From: Geobacter metallireducens GS-15 | Lineage (GTDB): Bacteria > Desulfobacterota > Desulfuromonadia > Geobacterales > Geobacteraceae | NCBI RefSeq assembly: GCF_000012925.1 | Contig: NC_007517.1 | Location: 750,001 to 782,000, forward strand | DNA: 32,000 bases | Reading direction: 5' to 3' | Shown: piece by piece, positions 1-9,010 of the stretch | Position numbering within the stretch: position 1 is the first letter of the stretch | Layout of the letters: the number at the start of each line of letters is the position of its first letter | Notes under the pieces: model-generated | Database searches by the model: none | What the model saw: only the letters and a program-made list of their open reading frames with translations | What the model was told of the DNA's origin: nothing | Program-made: the position numbers and the translations under genes

Positions 1-1
1 C

Positions 2-370
2 CGCATCGAGGCACTGGACCCGGTCAACCGACGGATCAAGGTCCGGCGCAAGCTGGAAGGACGCTACGAGGTCGTTGAAGCCTCCCTGCCGGTCATGATA
101 ACCGCCGTGCGGGAGCTGAACCGCCCCCGCTACCCCTCCGTTCCCATGCGCCTTGCTGCCGCCGATGCCCAGGTAACGGTCTGGACCAACGAGGTGCTGC
201 GGATGGACGTGAACAGCGTTGGCCTCAAGGGGTCACCCACCTGGGTGAGCCGAATCTTCTCCCCCGAGCGGGACAAGGGGGAGATCATCGGCGACGGCAT
301 GGCCGATCCGACGGGAACGGCCCGCCTGCTCATCGACCAGCTGCTGGCGAAGGATCTGCTGGCGGTGTGA
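2..370 (+). CDS. etfB: Electron transfer flavoprotein beta subunit, C-terminal part (5' end lies outside the window)
   Basis: The frame is open from the window edge. The translation ...IEALDPVNRRIKVRRKLEGRYEVVEASLPVMITAVRELNRPRYPS...IDQLLAKDLLAV reads as the ETF-beta C-terminal arm. The gene directly precedes an ETF-alpha gene. Confidence 0.85.
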   Translation, partial: RIEALDPVNRRIKVRRKLEGRYEVVEASLPVMITAVRELNRPRYPSVPMRLAAADAQVTVWTNEVLRMDVNSVGLKGSPTWVSRIFSPERDKGEIIGDGMADPTGTARLLIDQLLAKDLLAV

Positions 371-387
371 TGATGTTCGATCGCTGA

Positions 388-482
388 CGCTCGTTGATGT
401 GCTTCGCACGTTCGTGCGGCGAGCGCCGCGTTCGAAACGTTCGAGACGAAGTAAACGAACGAGCGAAGTGATCAAACGCGCG
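388..482 (+). repeat. Imperfect 27-nt inverted repeat (388-414 / 456-482) around a GCGGC-GAGC-GCCGC hairpin (416-429), in the etfB-etfA spacer
   Basis: Read directly from the sequence. CGCTCGTTGATGTGCTTCGCACGTTCG faces CGAACGAGCGAAGTGATCAAACGCGCG. The spacer carries several CGTTCG / CGAACG copies. Confidence 0.5.
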
Positions 483-515
483 AAGCGCCCGAACAAGAAT
501 ACGGAGTATTCACCC

Positions 516-1847
516 ATGACTGAACCAAAGAAGATAAAGAAGCCCCGGGGCACAGCCCGGCCCATCCCGGGAAAGTGCATCGCCTGCGGCGCCCGGTGCC
601 AGAGCGCCTGCCCCGTGGATGCCATAGAGATGAGCGATGCGGGGGAACCGATCATCCTCTCCGAGAAGTGCATCGGCTGCCTTAAATGCGTGAAGGTCTG
701 CCCCGCCGATGCCCTGGAGATGTTCTTCACCCCCGAGGAACTGAAGATTCTGGAGGAACTGGCCAGGCAGCAGGCCGCCGGAGCGGCCCCCGCTGTCGAG
801 GAAGAGGACGCCGAGGAGGCCGCCCTGGCGCAGATGCTCGCCGCTTACCGGGGGGTCTGGGTCTTTGTGGAGCAGACCGAAGGGGAGCCCGCCAAGGTCT
901 CCTGGGAGCTGATGGGGGTCGGTGCCCAACTGGCCCGGGACATCGGCACCGAACTCTGCGCCATCGTCATCGGCCACGGCGTGGAGCACCTTTGCCGCGA
1001 GGCCTTCAGCTACGGCGCCACCAAGGCGTACCTCATGGACCAGGACGTCTTCCGCTTCTACCGCACCGAGCCCTACCTCGACGCCTGCTGCCACCTGATC
1101 GACAAATACAAGCCCGAGATTATCCTCATGGGGGCCACCGGCATGGGGCGCGACCTTGCCGGGGCCGTTGCCACGCGGGTCAAGACCGGCCTCACCGCCG
1201 ACTGCACCGGCCTCGACGTGGACGACAAGCGGAACCTCCGCCAGACCCGCCCCGCCTTCGGTGGCAACATCATGGCCACCATCATGTGCGACAAGTTCCG
1301 TCCGCAGATGGCCACGGTCCGCCCCCACGTGATGCCGATGCCCGAACGGATGGAAGGCGCCACCGGCGCGATCGTCCGGGAGCAGATTACCCTCAACGAG
1401 GCCGACATCCTCACCAAGGTCATTGAAATCATCAGGGACACGAAGGTAGGGGTCGACATCGCCGGGGCCGAGTTCATCGTTTCCGGCGGGCGCGGCCTGA
1501 TGGGACCGGAGAACTTCGCCATGCTCCAGGAGTTGGCCGATGAGCTGGGGGGGGTGGTCGGCGCGTCGCGCAGCGCCGTGGACGCCGGCTGGATGCCCCA
1601 CGACCGCCAGGTCGGGCAGACCGGCAAGACCGTGCGCCCAAAGATCTACATAGCCTGCGGCATCTCCGGCGCCATCCAGCATCTCGTCGGAATGCAGGAT
1701 TCCGACGTGGTCATCGCCATAAACCGCGACAAGGAGGCCCCCATCTTCCAGGTGGCCACCTATGGCATCGTGGGAGACCTGTTCAAAATCGTCCCGGCCA
1801 TCACCAGCCAACTGCGGGAACTGAAAGCATCGAAAAGAAAGGGCTGA
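516..1847 (+). CDS. etfA: Electron transfer flavoprotein alpha subunit with an N-terminal 2x[4Fe-4S] ferredoxin domain
   Basis: ATG 516 follows GGAG at 503-506. Two CxxCxxCxxxCP motifs are present ([25 protein letters not shown]). They are followed by an ETF-alpha body ([18 protein letters not shown]). Confidence 0.88.
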   Translation: MTEPKKIKKPRGTARPIPGKCIACGARCQSACPVDAIEMSDAGEPIILSEKCIGCLKCVKVCPADALEMFFTPEELKILEELARQQAAGAAPAVEEEDAEEAALAQMLAAYRGVWVFVEQTEGEPAKVSWELMGVGAQLARDIGTELCAIVIGHGVEHLCREAFSYGATKAYLMDQDVFRFYRTEPYLDACCHLIDKYKPEIILMGATGMGRDLAGAVATRVKTGLTADCTGLDVDDKRNLRQTRPAFGGNIMATIMCDKFRPQMATVRPHVMPMPERMEGATGAIVREQITLNEADILTKVIEIIRDTKVGVDIAGAEFIVSGGRGLMGPENFAMLQELADELGGVVGASRSAVDAGWMPHDRQVGQTGKTVRPKIYIACGISGAIQHLVGMQDSDVVIAINRDKEAPIFQVATYGIVGDLFKIVPAITSQLRELKASKRKG

Positions 1848-1932
1848 TGGATAAAGGTCAAGGGAGTTCGCTCCATTCTCTTTAACCCCAGGCCCAAAAA
1901 CTAGCCCTTAGATTGGCACCGAAAGGTTCGCT

Positions 1933-3912
1933 ATGACCATTTTCACTCCACTGTTCCTCATTGCCATCGGCGTCTTCATCTGGCAGTGCGGCAAGAAACT
2001 GAGCCTCATTCGTCTCGGCCGGCCCGAGAACCGCTTTGACAATCCGTCGTTGCGGCTCTGGGACATGCTGCTCTACGCCTTCGGCCAGAAGCGGGTGGTG
2101 GCCCGCCCCTTCGGGCTCAACCACTTCGTCATCTTCTGGGCTTTCGTCGTGCTCCTCATGGCCAACGGCGCCTTCATCCTGGAAGGACTCATCCCCGGCT
2201 TCCGCCTGGCGAACGTCTTGCCGACAGCCCTCTACCACCCGCTGGTCTTCGCCTTTGACATCGTCTCCCTGTTTGCCCTGGCGGCCATCGTCCTCTCCTT
2301 TGCCCGGCGGCTCATCTTCAAGCCGGCCTACCTGGACAGCGCCTACGTAAGCGCCAGAAGTTTCGAGGCGTTCCTCATCCTCTCGTTCATCGCCCTGCTG
2401 ATGATCGCCTCCTTCGGCCTGAACGGCGTCAAGATTGTGGGGGGACTGGAGCCGGCCTCCTTCATGCCGGTTTCCGCCGTTGCCGCCAACATGCTCGCGG
2501 GGAGCGGCGCCAGCCTGCCGGCACTGGGGAGCTTCTTCTGGTGGCTGCACGCCACGGTGCTCCTGGCTTTCATCTGTTTCCTCCCCATGAGCAAGCACAT
2601 GCACATCCTCACCGCCATACCCAACTGCTTCTTCCAGAACCTGGGGAGCACCAGCACCCAGCCCCGCGAGGAATTCGCTGTCGGCAACCGCTATGGGGTG
2701 GAGAAAGTCACCGACTTCACCTGGAAGGACCTGTTTGATTCCTTCTCCTGTACCGAGTGCGGCCGGTGTCAGGATGCCTGTCCGGCCAACGCCACCGGCA
2801 AGTCCCTCAACCCCCGGCAGGTGGTGCACAGTCTGAAGGCAAACCTGCTGGCCAACGAGCAGGCCCTGAAGGCGGGTGAGCCGCCGCGGGTCCCCCTAAT
2901 CGGAGCGGAAGGGGAGGGGACCAACACCGAGGAGACCATCTGGGCCTGTACTACCTGCGGCGCCTGCCTTCAGGCCTGTCCCGTCATGATCGAGCACCCC
3001 TCGAAGCTGGTCAGCATGCGTCGGCATCTGGTGGAGATGAAGACAACATTCCCCGAAGAGCTCCTGAACCTCTTCGAGAACATGGAGCAGCGCTCAAACC
3101 CGTGGGGGATCGCCCCCAGCGAGCGGGCCAAGTGGGCCGCACAGATGGATGTAAAACCCTTCGAGGCAGGGAAGACCGAGTACCTCTTCTATGTGGGGTG
3201 CGCCGGCTCCTTCGACTCCCGGAGCAAGCAGGTGACGGTGAACGTGGCAACGATCCTTGACGCGGCAGGCATCTCCTGGGGGATTCTCGGCAAGGACGAG
3301 AAGTGCTGCGGCGACAGCCTCCGGCGCCTGGGGAACGAATACGTCTTTGACCGGATGGCCCGGGAGAACGTGGAGATCTTCCGGGAGCGGGGGGTGACCA
3401 AGGTCATCGTCCAGTGCCCCCACTGTTTCACCACCCTCAAGAACGACTACCGCCAGTACGGTATCGAGCTGGAAGTGATCCACCATTCCGAGCTGATCCA
3501 GCAGCTTCTGGACGCCGGGCGGCTGAAGCTGAACCGCCAGGTGAGCGAGCTGGGGAAGATCATCCTCCACGACTCCTGCTATCTGGGGCGTCACAACGAC
3601 GTGTACAAGGCACCGCGGCAGGTGGTGGCGAAGGTAACCGGCGCGGTACCGACCGAGTTCGACCGGGCGCGGGAAGAGTCATTCTGCTGCGGCGCCGGCG
3701 GCGGCCGGATGTGGATGGAAGAGCAGACCGGCACCCGGATCAACCTGAACCGGGTCACCGAGGCACTTTCGAAGAGTCCCGATACCATCTGCGTTGCCTG
3801 CCCCTACTGTATGACCATGTTCGAGGACGGTCTCAAGGATAAGCAGGCCGGCCAGACCAAGGTTCGGGACATAGCCGAGGTGGTTGCCGAGGCGCTGCGT
3901 CCGGCGCAGTAG
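1933..3912 (+). CDS. Membrane-bound Fe-S oxidoreductase with CCG domains (HdrD/GlpC/EtfD-like), a candidate ETF:quinone oxidoreductase
   Basis: The N-terminal ~230 aa are strongly hydrophobic with multiple TM segments. Two ferredoxin motifs follow (CTECGRCQDACP, CTTCGACLQACP), then two Cys-rich CCG-type motifs (KCCGDS, FCCGAGGG). The gene is co-oriented with and adjacent to etfBA. Confidence 0.85.
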   Translation: MTIFTPLFLIAIGVFIWQCGKKLSLIRLGRPENRFDNPSLRLWDMLLYAFGQKRVVARPFGLNHFVIFWAFVVLLMANGAFILEGLIPGFRLANVLPTALYHPLVFAFDIVSLFALAAIVLSFARRLIFKPAYLDSAYVSARSFEAFLILSFIALLMIASFGLNGVKIVGGLEPASFMPVSAVAANMLAGSGASLPALGSFFWWLHATVLLAFICFLPMSKHMHILTAIPNCFFQNLGSTSTQPREEFAVGNRYGVEKVTDFTWKDLFDSFSCTECGRCQDACPANATGKSLNPRQVVHSLKANLLANEQALKAGEPPRVPLIGAEGEGTNTEETIWACTTCGACLQACPVMIEHPSKLVSMRRHLVEMKTTFPEELLNLFENMEQRSNPWGIAPSERAKWAAQMDVKPFEAGKTEYLFYVGCAGSFDSRSKQVTVNVATILDAAGISWGILGKDEKCCGDSLRRLGNEYVFDRMARENVEIFRERGVTKVIVQCPHCFTTLKNDYRQYGIELEVIHHSELIQQLLDAGRLKLNRQVSELGKIILHDSCYLGRHNDVYKAPRQVVAKVTGAVPTEFDRAREESFCCGAGGGRMWMEEQTGTRINLNRVTEALSKSPDTICVACPYCMTMFEDGLKDKQAGQTKVRDIAEVVAEALRPAQ

Positions 3913-3932
3913 GTCATCTCTGGGTAGATATG

Positions 3933-3968
3933 AAAAAAGGGAGCTTCCTTCGGGGGGCTCCCTTTTTT
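3933..3968 (+). terminator. Rho-independent terminator of the etf operon
   Basis: The stem is GGGAGC(3939-3944)...GCTCCC(3957-3962), extendable with G-U pairs. It is followed by TTTTTT (3963-3968) and preceded by an A-run, so it could act in both directions. Confidence 0.8.
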
Positions 3969-4084
3969 GTGTTCGCAAGAGCCGAAAGGTTTGACAGGGA
4001 TAGGCATCGGCGGCGTTTCGGGGTATAATCCCCCGGAAACAAGCTGGGATTTGCAACGCGACACAGGAAAGGGAGCATAACGTC

Positions 4085-4717
4085 ATGACGCAGGACAAGG
4101 ACGACCGGAAACGGCCCCAACTCCGGCTGGTGGTGAACAACCCCGAGTTGCGGGGGAGCCGTCCCGCCACCGGTGAGGATGCCAGCATCCCTTTCGAGGT
4201 GTTGATCGCGAAGCGCCATGAACTTCGGGCGGATTTTTTCAAGGGTATCGCCCCGCAGCACGTGAAGGCCTACGAGCGGATCGAGCGTCATCTGGAGCGC
4301 AGGGGGTGGCTCTACGGCCTCGACCCCCAGCACGGGCGGCTCATGGTGATCCCTGCCGCGACGGCCTGCCCCGAGGTGCTGGAGCATGGGGGCTCTCCCC
4401 AGGACGAGTTGCTCCTCTTCGTGGCTGACGATCCCACGGGGCTCGGACTCTGTCTCTGCCTGGAGATAATCCTTCCCTTCTGGAGCGATGACGACGCCGT
4501 CATGGAGGAGGCGCTCATCTATGCGCCCATCTACCCGTACGGCTCCCTTTTCCTTGAGGAGAACAGGAACGACGGCTACCTGGACCTCATCTACCGGCTC
4601 TCGTTTCCCCTCTATCCCCCGGCCCCCACGGAGCGGCTCCTGGAGAAGCTCTTCGCCGTTGCGCGGTACGAATTGCGGGAGACTCTCATTGGGTTGGACG
4701 AGTTTCCCGAGGCGTGA
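4085..4717 (+). CDS. Hypothetical cytoplasmic protein (210 aa); possibly a YbjN/secretion-chaperone-like fold, unverified
   Basis: GGGAG lies 8 nt upstream of the ATG. There is no TM segment and no catalytic motif I recognise. Codon usage matches the neighbouring genes. Confidence 0.6.
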   Translation: MTQDKDDRKRPQLRLVVNNPELRGSRPATGEDASIPFEVLIAKRHELRADFFKGIAPQHVKAYERIERHLERRGWLYGLDPQHGRLMVIPAATACPEVLEHGGSPQDELLLFVADDPTGLGLCLCLEIILPFWSDDDAVMEEALIYAPIYPYGSLFLEENRNDGYLDLIYRLSFPLYPPAPTERLLEKLFAVARYELRETLIGLDEFPEA

Positions 4718-4740
4718 GTTCTGATGTGTCGATGATGTTG

Positions 4741-6060
4741 TCACCGGTTGCTTGCGGGTAGCGGTTGTCGGTAGCGGAAGCGCGCACCTGTCCCGCCTTC
4801 CCTGTTGCAAAGCGTCACGGTGCCTCCAAGCCGGTCCGCAATGCTGCGTATGATTGCCAGTCCGAGACCGCTGCCGGTTTCATTGTTTCCCGTTACCCGA
4901 TAGAACGGTTCAAACATCCGCTCCTCTTCACCTTCGGGAATCCCCGGCCCGGTATCATCCACCTGGAAAACCACATCTTCCTTGTCGCGGTACAGACTGA
5001 CATCAACCGTCCCGCCCGGCGGCGTATAGCGCAGCGCATTGTCAACGGCGTTACGCGCCAGCACCAGCAAGTCTTCCGAAGGGGCGATCAGGGTAACCTC
5101 CTCGAACCGCTCACAGCCGAAATCAATCCGTTTGCCGGCGGCGAACGGCATGTAATCCTCGATAACCTGCCTGACCAGATGACTGAAGAGCACTTCAACC
5201 GGGGGCGCTGCGCAGGATTGGTGCCGCGCCAGGCTCAAAAGCTGTTCCAGCAATTTCCCGGCCCGCTCCAGTCCTGCCTTGAGTTGCATAACCCGCAGTT
5301 TTCCCTCTGGAGATGAAATGCCGTGTTCCAGGTTTTCCGCCTGAACGGTGAGGGCCGTGAGGGGGGAGCGCAGCTCATGGGCTGCGTCGGCGATGAAACG
5401 GCGCTGCTGCTCGATGGCTGTAGCGAGGCGTTGCATCAGGCCGTTGATGGCGATAACAAAGGGGCGTATCTCCGACGGTACGCCGACCACCGAGACCGCC
5501 GCCAGGTTGGTGTCATCCCGCCGGTCCAGTTGATGGGAAAGATGCGTGACTGGCATCAGGGTGTGCCGGATGACCCAGGCTGCCAGAAAAGACAGCGTCG
5601 GCACCAGCAGCAGTATCGGGATCAGGGTGAAAAGGGCACTGTCCCGAGCTATCTCATTGCGCACCGCCGTCATCTGTCCCGTCGCAAGCCGCATGCCGGA
5701 CGGAAGGGTGAAGACGAAGAGGCGCCAGGCGGTTCCGTGGTTGTCCAGGGTTTGGAATCCTTCGGGCAATGTGGTGGGAAGAGGGGGCAGCTTCGGGGGG
5801 CGGGGAACGTTCCCCAGGGGAGAGACAACGATTCTGGCGTCGGGATCGTTGTGGTCGATACTTCCCATGGGGCTCATCCACGCATCCGACGTTTGCGCGT
5901 GACGCCCCAGCAGCAGAGCCATCTGGCGGAGCTGGTCATCCTGGAGTTCCTGGGCCTCCCGAAACGCCATGAGGTATGAACAGAACCCTGCCGCCAGGCC
6001 GCTTGCAATGGTCACCCCGGCAATCCAGAGCGAAAGCCGGCGTCGCAGGGAGCCGTTCAC
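4741..6060 (-). CDS. Two-TM sensor histidine kinase (QseC/PmrB-like class)
   Basis: H-box AAHELRSPLTAL, G1 DDTGPGI and G2 GSGLGLAI are present. Two TM segments flank a ~110-aa periplasmic loop. The preferred start is GTG 6060, which overlaps the regulator's stop as GTGA. ATG 6081 is the alternative. Confidence 0.85.
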   Translation of the reverse strand: MNGSLRRRLSLWIAGVTIASGLAAGFCSYLMAFREAQELQDDQLRQMALLLGRHAQTSDAWMSPMGSIDHNDPDARIVVSPLGNVPRPPKLPPLPTTLPEGFQTLDNHGTAWRLFVFTLPSGMRLATGQMTAVRNEIARDSALFTLIPILLLVPTLSFLAAWVIRHTLMPVTHLSHQLDRRDDTNLAAVSVVGVPSEIRPFVIAINGLMQRLATAIEQQRRFIADAAHELRSPLTALTVQAENLEHGISSPEGKLRVMQLKAGLERAGKLLEQLLSLARHQSCAAPPVEVLFSHLVRQVIEDYMPFAAGKRIDFGCERFEEVTLIAPSEDLLVLARNAVDNALRYTPPGGTVDVSLYRDKEDVVFQVDDTGPGIPEGEEERMFEPFYRVTGNNETGSGLGLAIIRSIADRLGGTVTLCNREGGTGARFRYRQPLPASNR

Positions 6061-6719
6061 TGGTTGCGATCCACCATCCATCCCATCCCCCGAACATTTC
6101 TGATTGACTCGCTCCCCAGTTTCTTGCGTACCGAATGGATCAGGAATTCGACGGCATTGCTCTCCACTTCCTCATTCCAGCCATAGATGCGGGTTTCCAG
6201 CTCATCACGGGAAAGGATTGCGCCGGGGCGCACGAGCAGAGCCTGCAGTAGCGAGAACTCACGGGCGGTGAGGCGGCAGCGCCGTTCGCCGCAGACGGCT
6301 TCCTTGCTAACCGGGTCAAGGGTAACGACCCCGTTCGTAAGAAGTGGGGCAGCGCTCCCCGTCTGGCGGCGGCTTACGGCCCGGATCCTGGCCAGCAGTT
6401 CGCCTACCGCGAACGGCTTGACCAGATAGTCGTCCGCACCCAGATCGAGGCCACGAATCCGGTCATCGAGGGCATCGCGGGCAGTGACGATGAGAACGGC
6501 GGCGTTGTTCCCGTCGCCGCGCATCCGTTCCAGCACCCCCAGACCGTCCCGTCCGGGGAGCCCCAGATCGAGGATCACCAGTTGATATTCGCCGGTTTCA
6601 ACGGCGTCGGAGGCGCTGATGCCGTCACGGACCCAGTCCACGGCATAGGCGGCATCCTTCAACGCTTGTTCCACCGCCTCGCCAATCATCCGGTCATCTT
6701 CAACCAACAAAATTCGCAT
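6057..6719 (-). CDS. OmpR/PhoB-family response regulator (receiver domain plus winged helix)
   Basis: The sequence begins MRILLVEDD and contains LVILDLGLPGRDG, DDYLVKPF and the wHTH segment LTAREFSLLQALL. ATG 6719 has a GGAGAG RBS. The longer track start at 6776 lacks one. Confidence 0.9.
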   Translation of the reverse strand: MRILLVEDDRMIGEAVEQALKDAAYAVDWVRDGISASDAVETGEYQLVILDLGLPGRDGLGVLERMRGDGNNAAVLIVTARDALDDRIRGLDLGADDYLVKPFAVGELLARIRAVSRRQTGSAAPLLTNGVVTLDPVSKEAVCGERRCRLTAREFSLLQALLVRPGAILSRDELETRIYGWNEEVESNAVEFLIHSVRKKLGSESIRNVRGMGWMVDRNQ

Positions 6720-6860
6720 TATCTCTCCGTGCGGAACGCTTGCCGGGCAAACAGAATCATCAACCGGCTTTGGCATCCGTTACGCAAGCTCGGTCAGCGC
6801 CAATGTTGTCGGATATACCATACTCCACGTCCCGAGATTGTCACGGGGAAATGCTATCCC

Positions 6861-7631
6861 TCAATGGTTTCTCTCCGCGGCCCGCTGGGGAAGGGCATAC
6901 AGACCCAGCAGGATAAAGCTGAAAAGGACCGCCGATGCCGAGTAGCGGTTCAATCCGAAGCCTCCGGCGCTGACCGGCTTGTCGAGCAGATCGCCGACCA
7001 CCGCCCCGAGGGGGCGCGTCAGGATGAAGGCGGTCCAGAAAAGAGCCGTGCGGGATATGCGGGTCCAGTAGTATGCCGCGACAACCCCTGCCAGCAGGAT
7101 GGTGAAAACGAGCGCTCCCCCTGTGTAGCCGAGGCCGGCCGTATCCGCGGTCCAGTCTCCCAGGGCGGTGCCAAGGGTTTGGGAAAACATGATGGTTACC
7201 CAGTAAAACACCTCTGCCTTCCTTGTCCGCACCGTGTCGACGGAGACGGAGCCCATGCTTCGATACCAGACAAGGAGGGATCCCATGAGAAGGGCAAAGA
7301 GAAGCGACGCTCCTCCGGCATAGCCGATACCCAGGGACCGGTCGGCAAAATCGGCCAGGGTGGTCCCCACTGTTGTCGTGGCGATGATGGTGCTCCAATA
7401 TAAGAAGGGGTGAAAACGGTCAGCGCGTACCTGCGCGGTGACGGCGACGGCAAAGATCGCGGCGAAGATGCCCGTGCCGACCAGATACCCCAGGTTCATG
7501 GACATGGATACGGCGTCGCCCCCCGTTTCACCGAGGGTTGTTGCGGCGATCTTGATGATCCAGAAGATGATGGTGACTTGCGGCACTTTGATCAGGAGTT
7601 GCCGGGTTGTCTGTTCGGGTGTTGTATTCAT
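6861..7631 (-). CDS. Integral membrane protein with a four-fold internal repeat (looks like the COG4705/DUF347 type)
   Basis: Four repeats each end in an acidic TLG-type motif: TLGETGGD, TTLADFADR, TLGTALGDWTAD, RPLGAVVGDLLDK. I count about 8 TM segments. The family name is from memory and has not been searched. Confidence 0.7.
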   Translation of the reverse strand: MNTTPEQTTRQLLIKVPQVTIIFWIIKIAATTLGETGGDAVSMSMNLGYLVGTGIFAAIFAVAVTAQVRADRFHPFLYWSTIIATTTVGTTLADFADRSLGIGYAGGASLLFALLMGSLLVWYRSMGSVSVDTVRTRKAEVFYWVTIMFSQTLGTALGDWTADTAGLGYTGGALVFTILLAGVVAAYYWTRISRTALFWTAFILTRPLGAVVGDLLDKPVSAGGFGLNRYSASAVLFSFILLGLYALPQRAAERNH

Positions 7632-7667
7632 GTGACGTATCTCCTCTCGTTGTGTTGATGGAGCGGG

Positions 7668-8264
7668 TTATTCGTTGAGCCATCCGCCTCGAATCAACGG
7701 CTTCGCGAGCAGGTGGTATGCCGCGAACATCGGCCGGTAGCAGACGTCAATCAGCAACCGTTCCCCACGGAGCACCAGCCAGGCGCTCATGACGGCCACC
7801 AGGGCGGCTCCGACCATATCAAGCGGGAAATGGACTCCCAGATAGATCCGCGCCCAGGCCACCGGCAGCCCCGCCAAAGCGACGGCAATGCCCGCCGGCC
7901 GGAAGTGCTTCCGCATTATCAGGCAAAATGAAACGGACCAGATCAGGGTCAGGTGGTCGCTTGGGAATGAGGAATCCGCCACATGCCTCAAAAAGGTATG
8001 CCCCATGTTGACCATGAACGGGCGTGGATGCGGCCAGACAAGGGCAATGACCTGGTTGGCCAGCAGGCCCGCCAAGCCGGCTACCGTTGCCTCCAGCATC
8101 GCGATGCGTCGTTGTTCATTCCCCCACAGCCAGCCATATATCAGAAGCAGCGGCACCAGCCAGATGAGCTCATCAGCCAGCCCGCGGGCAAAAGACACCA
8201 TGAGCGCGTCAGGATGAGCGGGGGCGTTAATCAGAAAAAACAGTCTATGGTTCAATGCTTCCAT
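7668..8264 (-). CDS. PAP2-family lipid phosphate / undecaprenyl-diphosphate phosphatase
   Basis: PAP2 motifs are present: PHPRP, PSDH (a PSGH variant) and ARIYLGVHFPLD (SRx5Hx3D-like). The protein is a polytopic membrane protein. Confidence 0.8.
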   Translation of the reverse strand: MEALNHRLFFLINAPAHPDALMVSFARGLADELIWLVPLLLIYGWLWGNEQRRIAMLEATVAGLAGLLANQVIALVWPHPRPFMVNMGHTFLRHVADSSFPSDHLTLIWSVSFCLIMRKHFRPAGIAVALAGLPVAWARIYLGVHFPLDMVGAALVAVMSAWLVLRGERLLIDVCYRPMFAAYHLLAKPLIRGGWLNE

Positions 8265-8549
8265 GGTTACTCCCCAGCCGGGAAATTGTCCTCCCCGGCT
8301 GCCGGTTTTTGTCGCGGATCAGTCTTCCTCATTTCGGTCGAGAGCGGTCCCTTGTGCTGCATCGACGGCGACGTCATAGGTTGGGTCCGTATGGTGAGAA
8401 CGGTAGCAGGGGAAACTTAGCTGAAAATTAGCAGGAAAAAGTTTTTTTGACCGGGGTCAAACGCTGCCGTGGTTCCATGGTATATCGTTATTCCAGAGGG
8501 AGAACATCAAACACATCGGCCGGGGCACGGCTTCGGCAAGGAGGAAATC

Positions 8550-8882
8550 ATGAGCGGCACGACCGAATCCCTGGTGGGACGCGCCATTGATCTGAAGGAA
8601 CTTATCGCATACCAGGAAGGCTCCGTTGTGAGCAAGACCCTCAACGACAAGAAGGTGGGCACAATCACCCTCTTCGCCTTCGATAAGGGGCAGGGGCTGA
8701 GCGAGCATACTGCCCCCTACGATGCCTTCGTGGAGATCGTGGACGGCGAGGCCGACATCACCATTGTCGGCACCGACCACCGGGTGAAGGAGGGGCAGTT
8801 CATCATCATGCCCGCCAATCAGCCCCACGCCCTGCGGGCGGTGACCCCGTTCAAGATGCTGCTGGTGATGATCCGGGCATAA
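8550..8882 (+). CDS. Small cupin-domain protein (110 aa)
   Basis: ATG 8550 follows AAGGAGG. Cupin-like motifs are present: G(x)5H in GQGLSEHTAPYD and the second motif in IIMPANQPHAL. Confidence 0.75.
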   Translation: MSGTTESLVGRAIDLKELIAYQEGSVVSKTLNDKKVGTITLFAFDKGQGLSEHTAPYDAFVEIVDGEADITIVGTDHRVKEGQFIIMPANQPHALRAVTPFKMLLVMIRA

Positions 8883-8965
8883 ACCTGTTTATAAAACAGT
8901 CAGGCTTTTTTCCCCATCGGCTTCGTAAGCCGGAAGTAAGGGGTTTCTATGGTAGGGCATGGGCG

Positions 8966-8981
8966 TGGCACGCCTTGTGCT
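8966..8981 (+). promoter_or_regulatory. Sigma-54 (-24/-12) promoter for nifV
   Basis: The sequence is TGGCACGccttgTGCT. GG (8967-8968) and GC (8979-8980) are at the canonical 12-nt offset. Confidence 0.7.
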
Positions 8982-9010
8982 TTAAAGTCAGGTACAATTC
9001 GAGATTAATC

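Noticed and set aside
399-515. N-terminal extension of etfA from the ORF-track start (MLRTFVRRAPRSKRSRRSKR...)
   Set aside because: There is no RBS. The composition is an artefact of the CGTTCG repeats. The ATG at 516 has a GGAG and begins the ferredoxin domain.
510-1811. Long antisense ORFs opposite real genes (for example 510-1811, 1882-2829, 9031-10320, 11761-12960, 15448-16488, 16526-17818, 18492-19805, 20771-22645, 25059-26984, 27002-28693)
   Set aside because: Such ORFs are a typical artefact of high-GC DNA, where stop codons are rare on the opposite strand. The products are Gly/Pro/Arg/Ala-rich with no motifs or RBS, and each fully overlaps a gene with clear family signatures.
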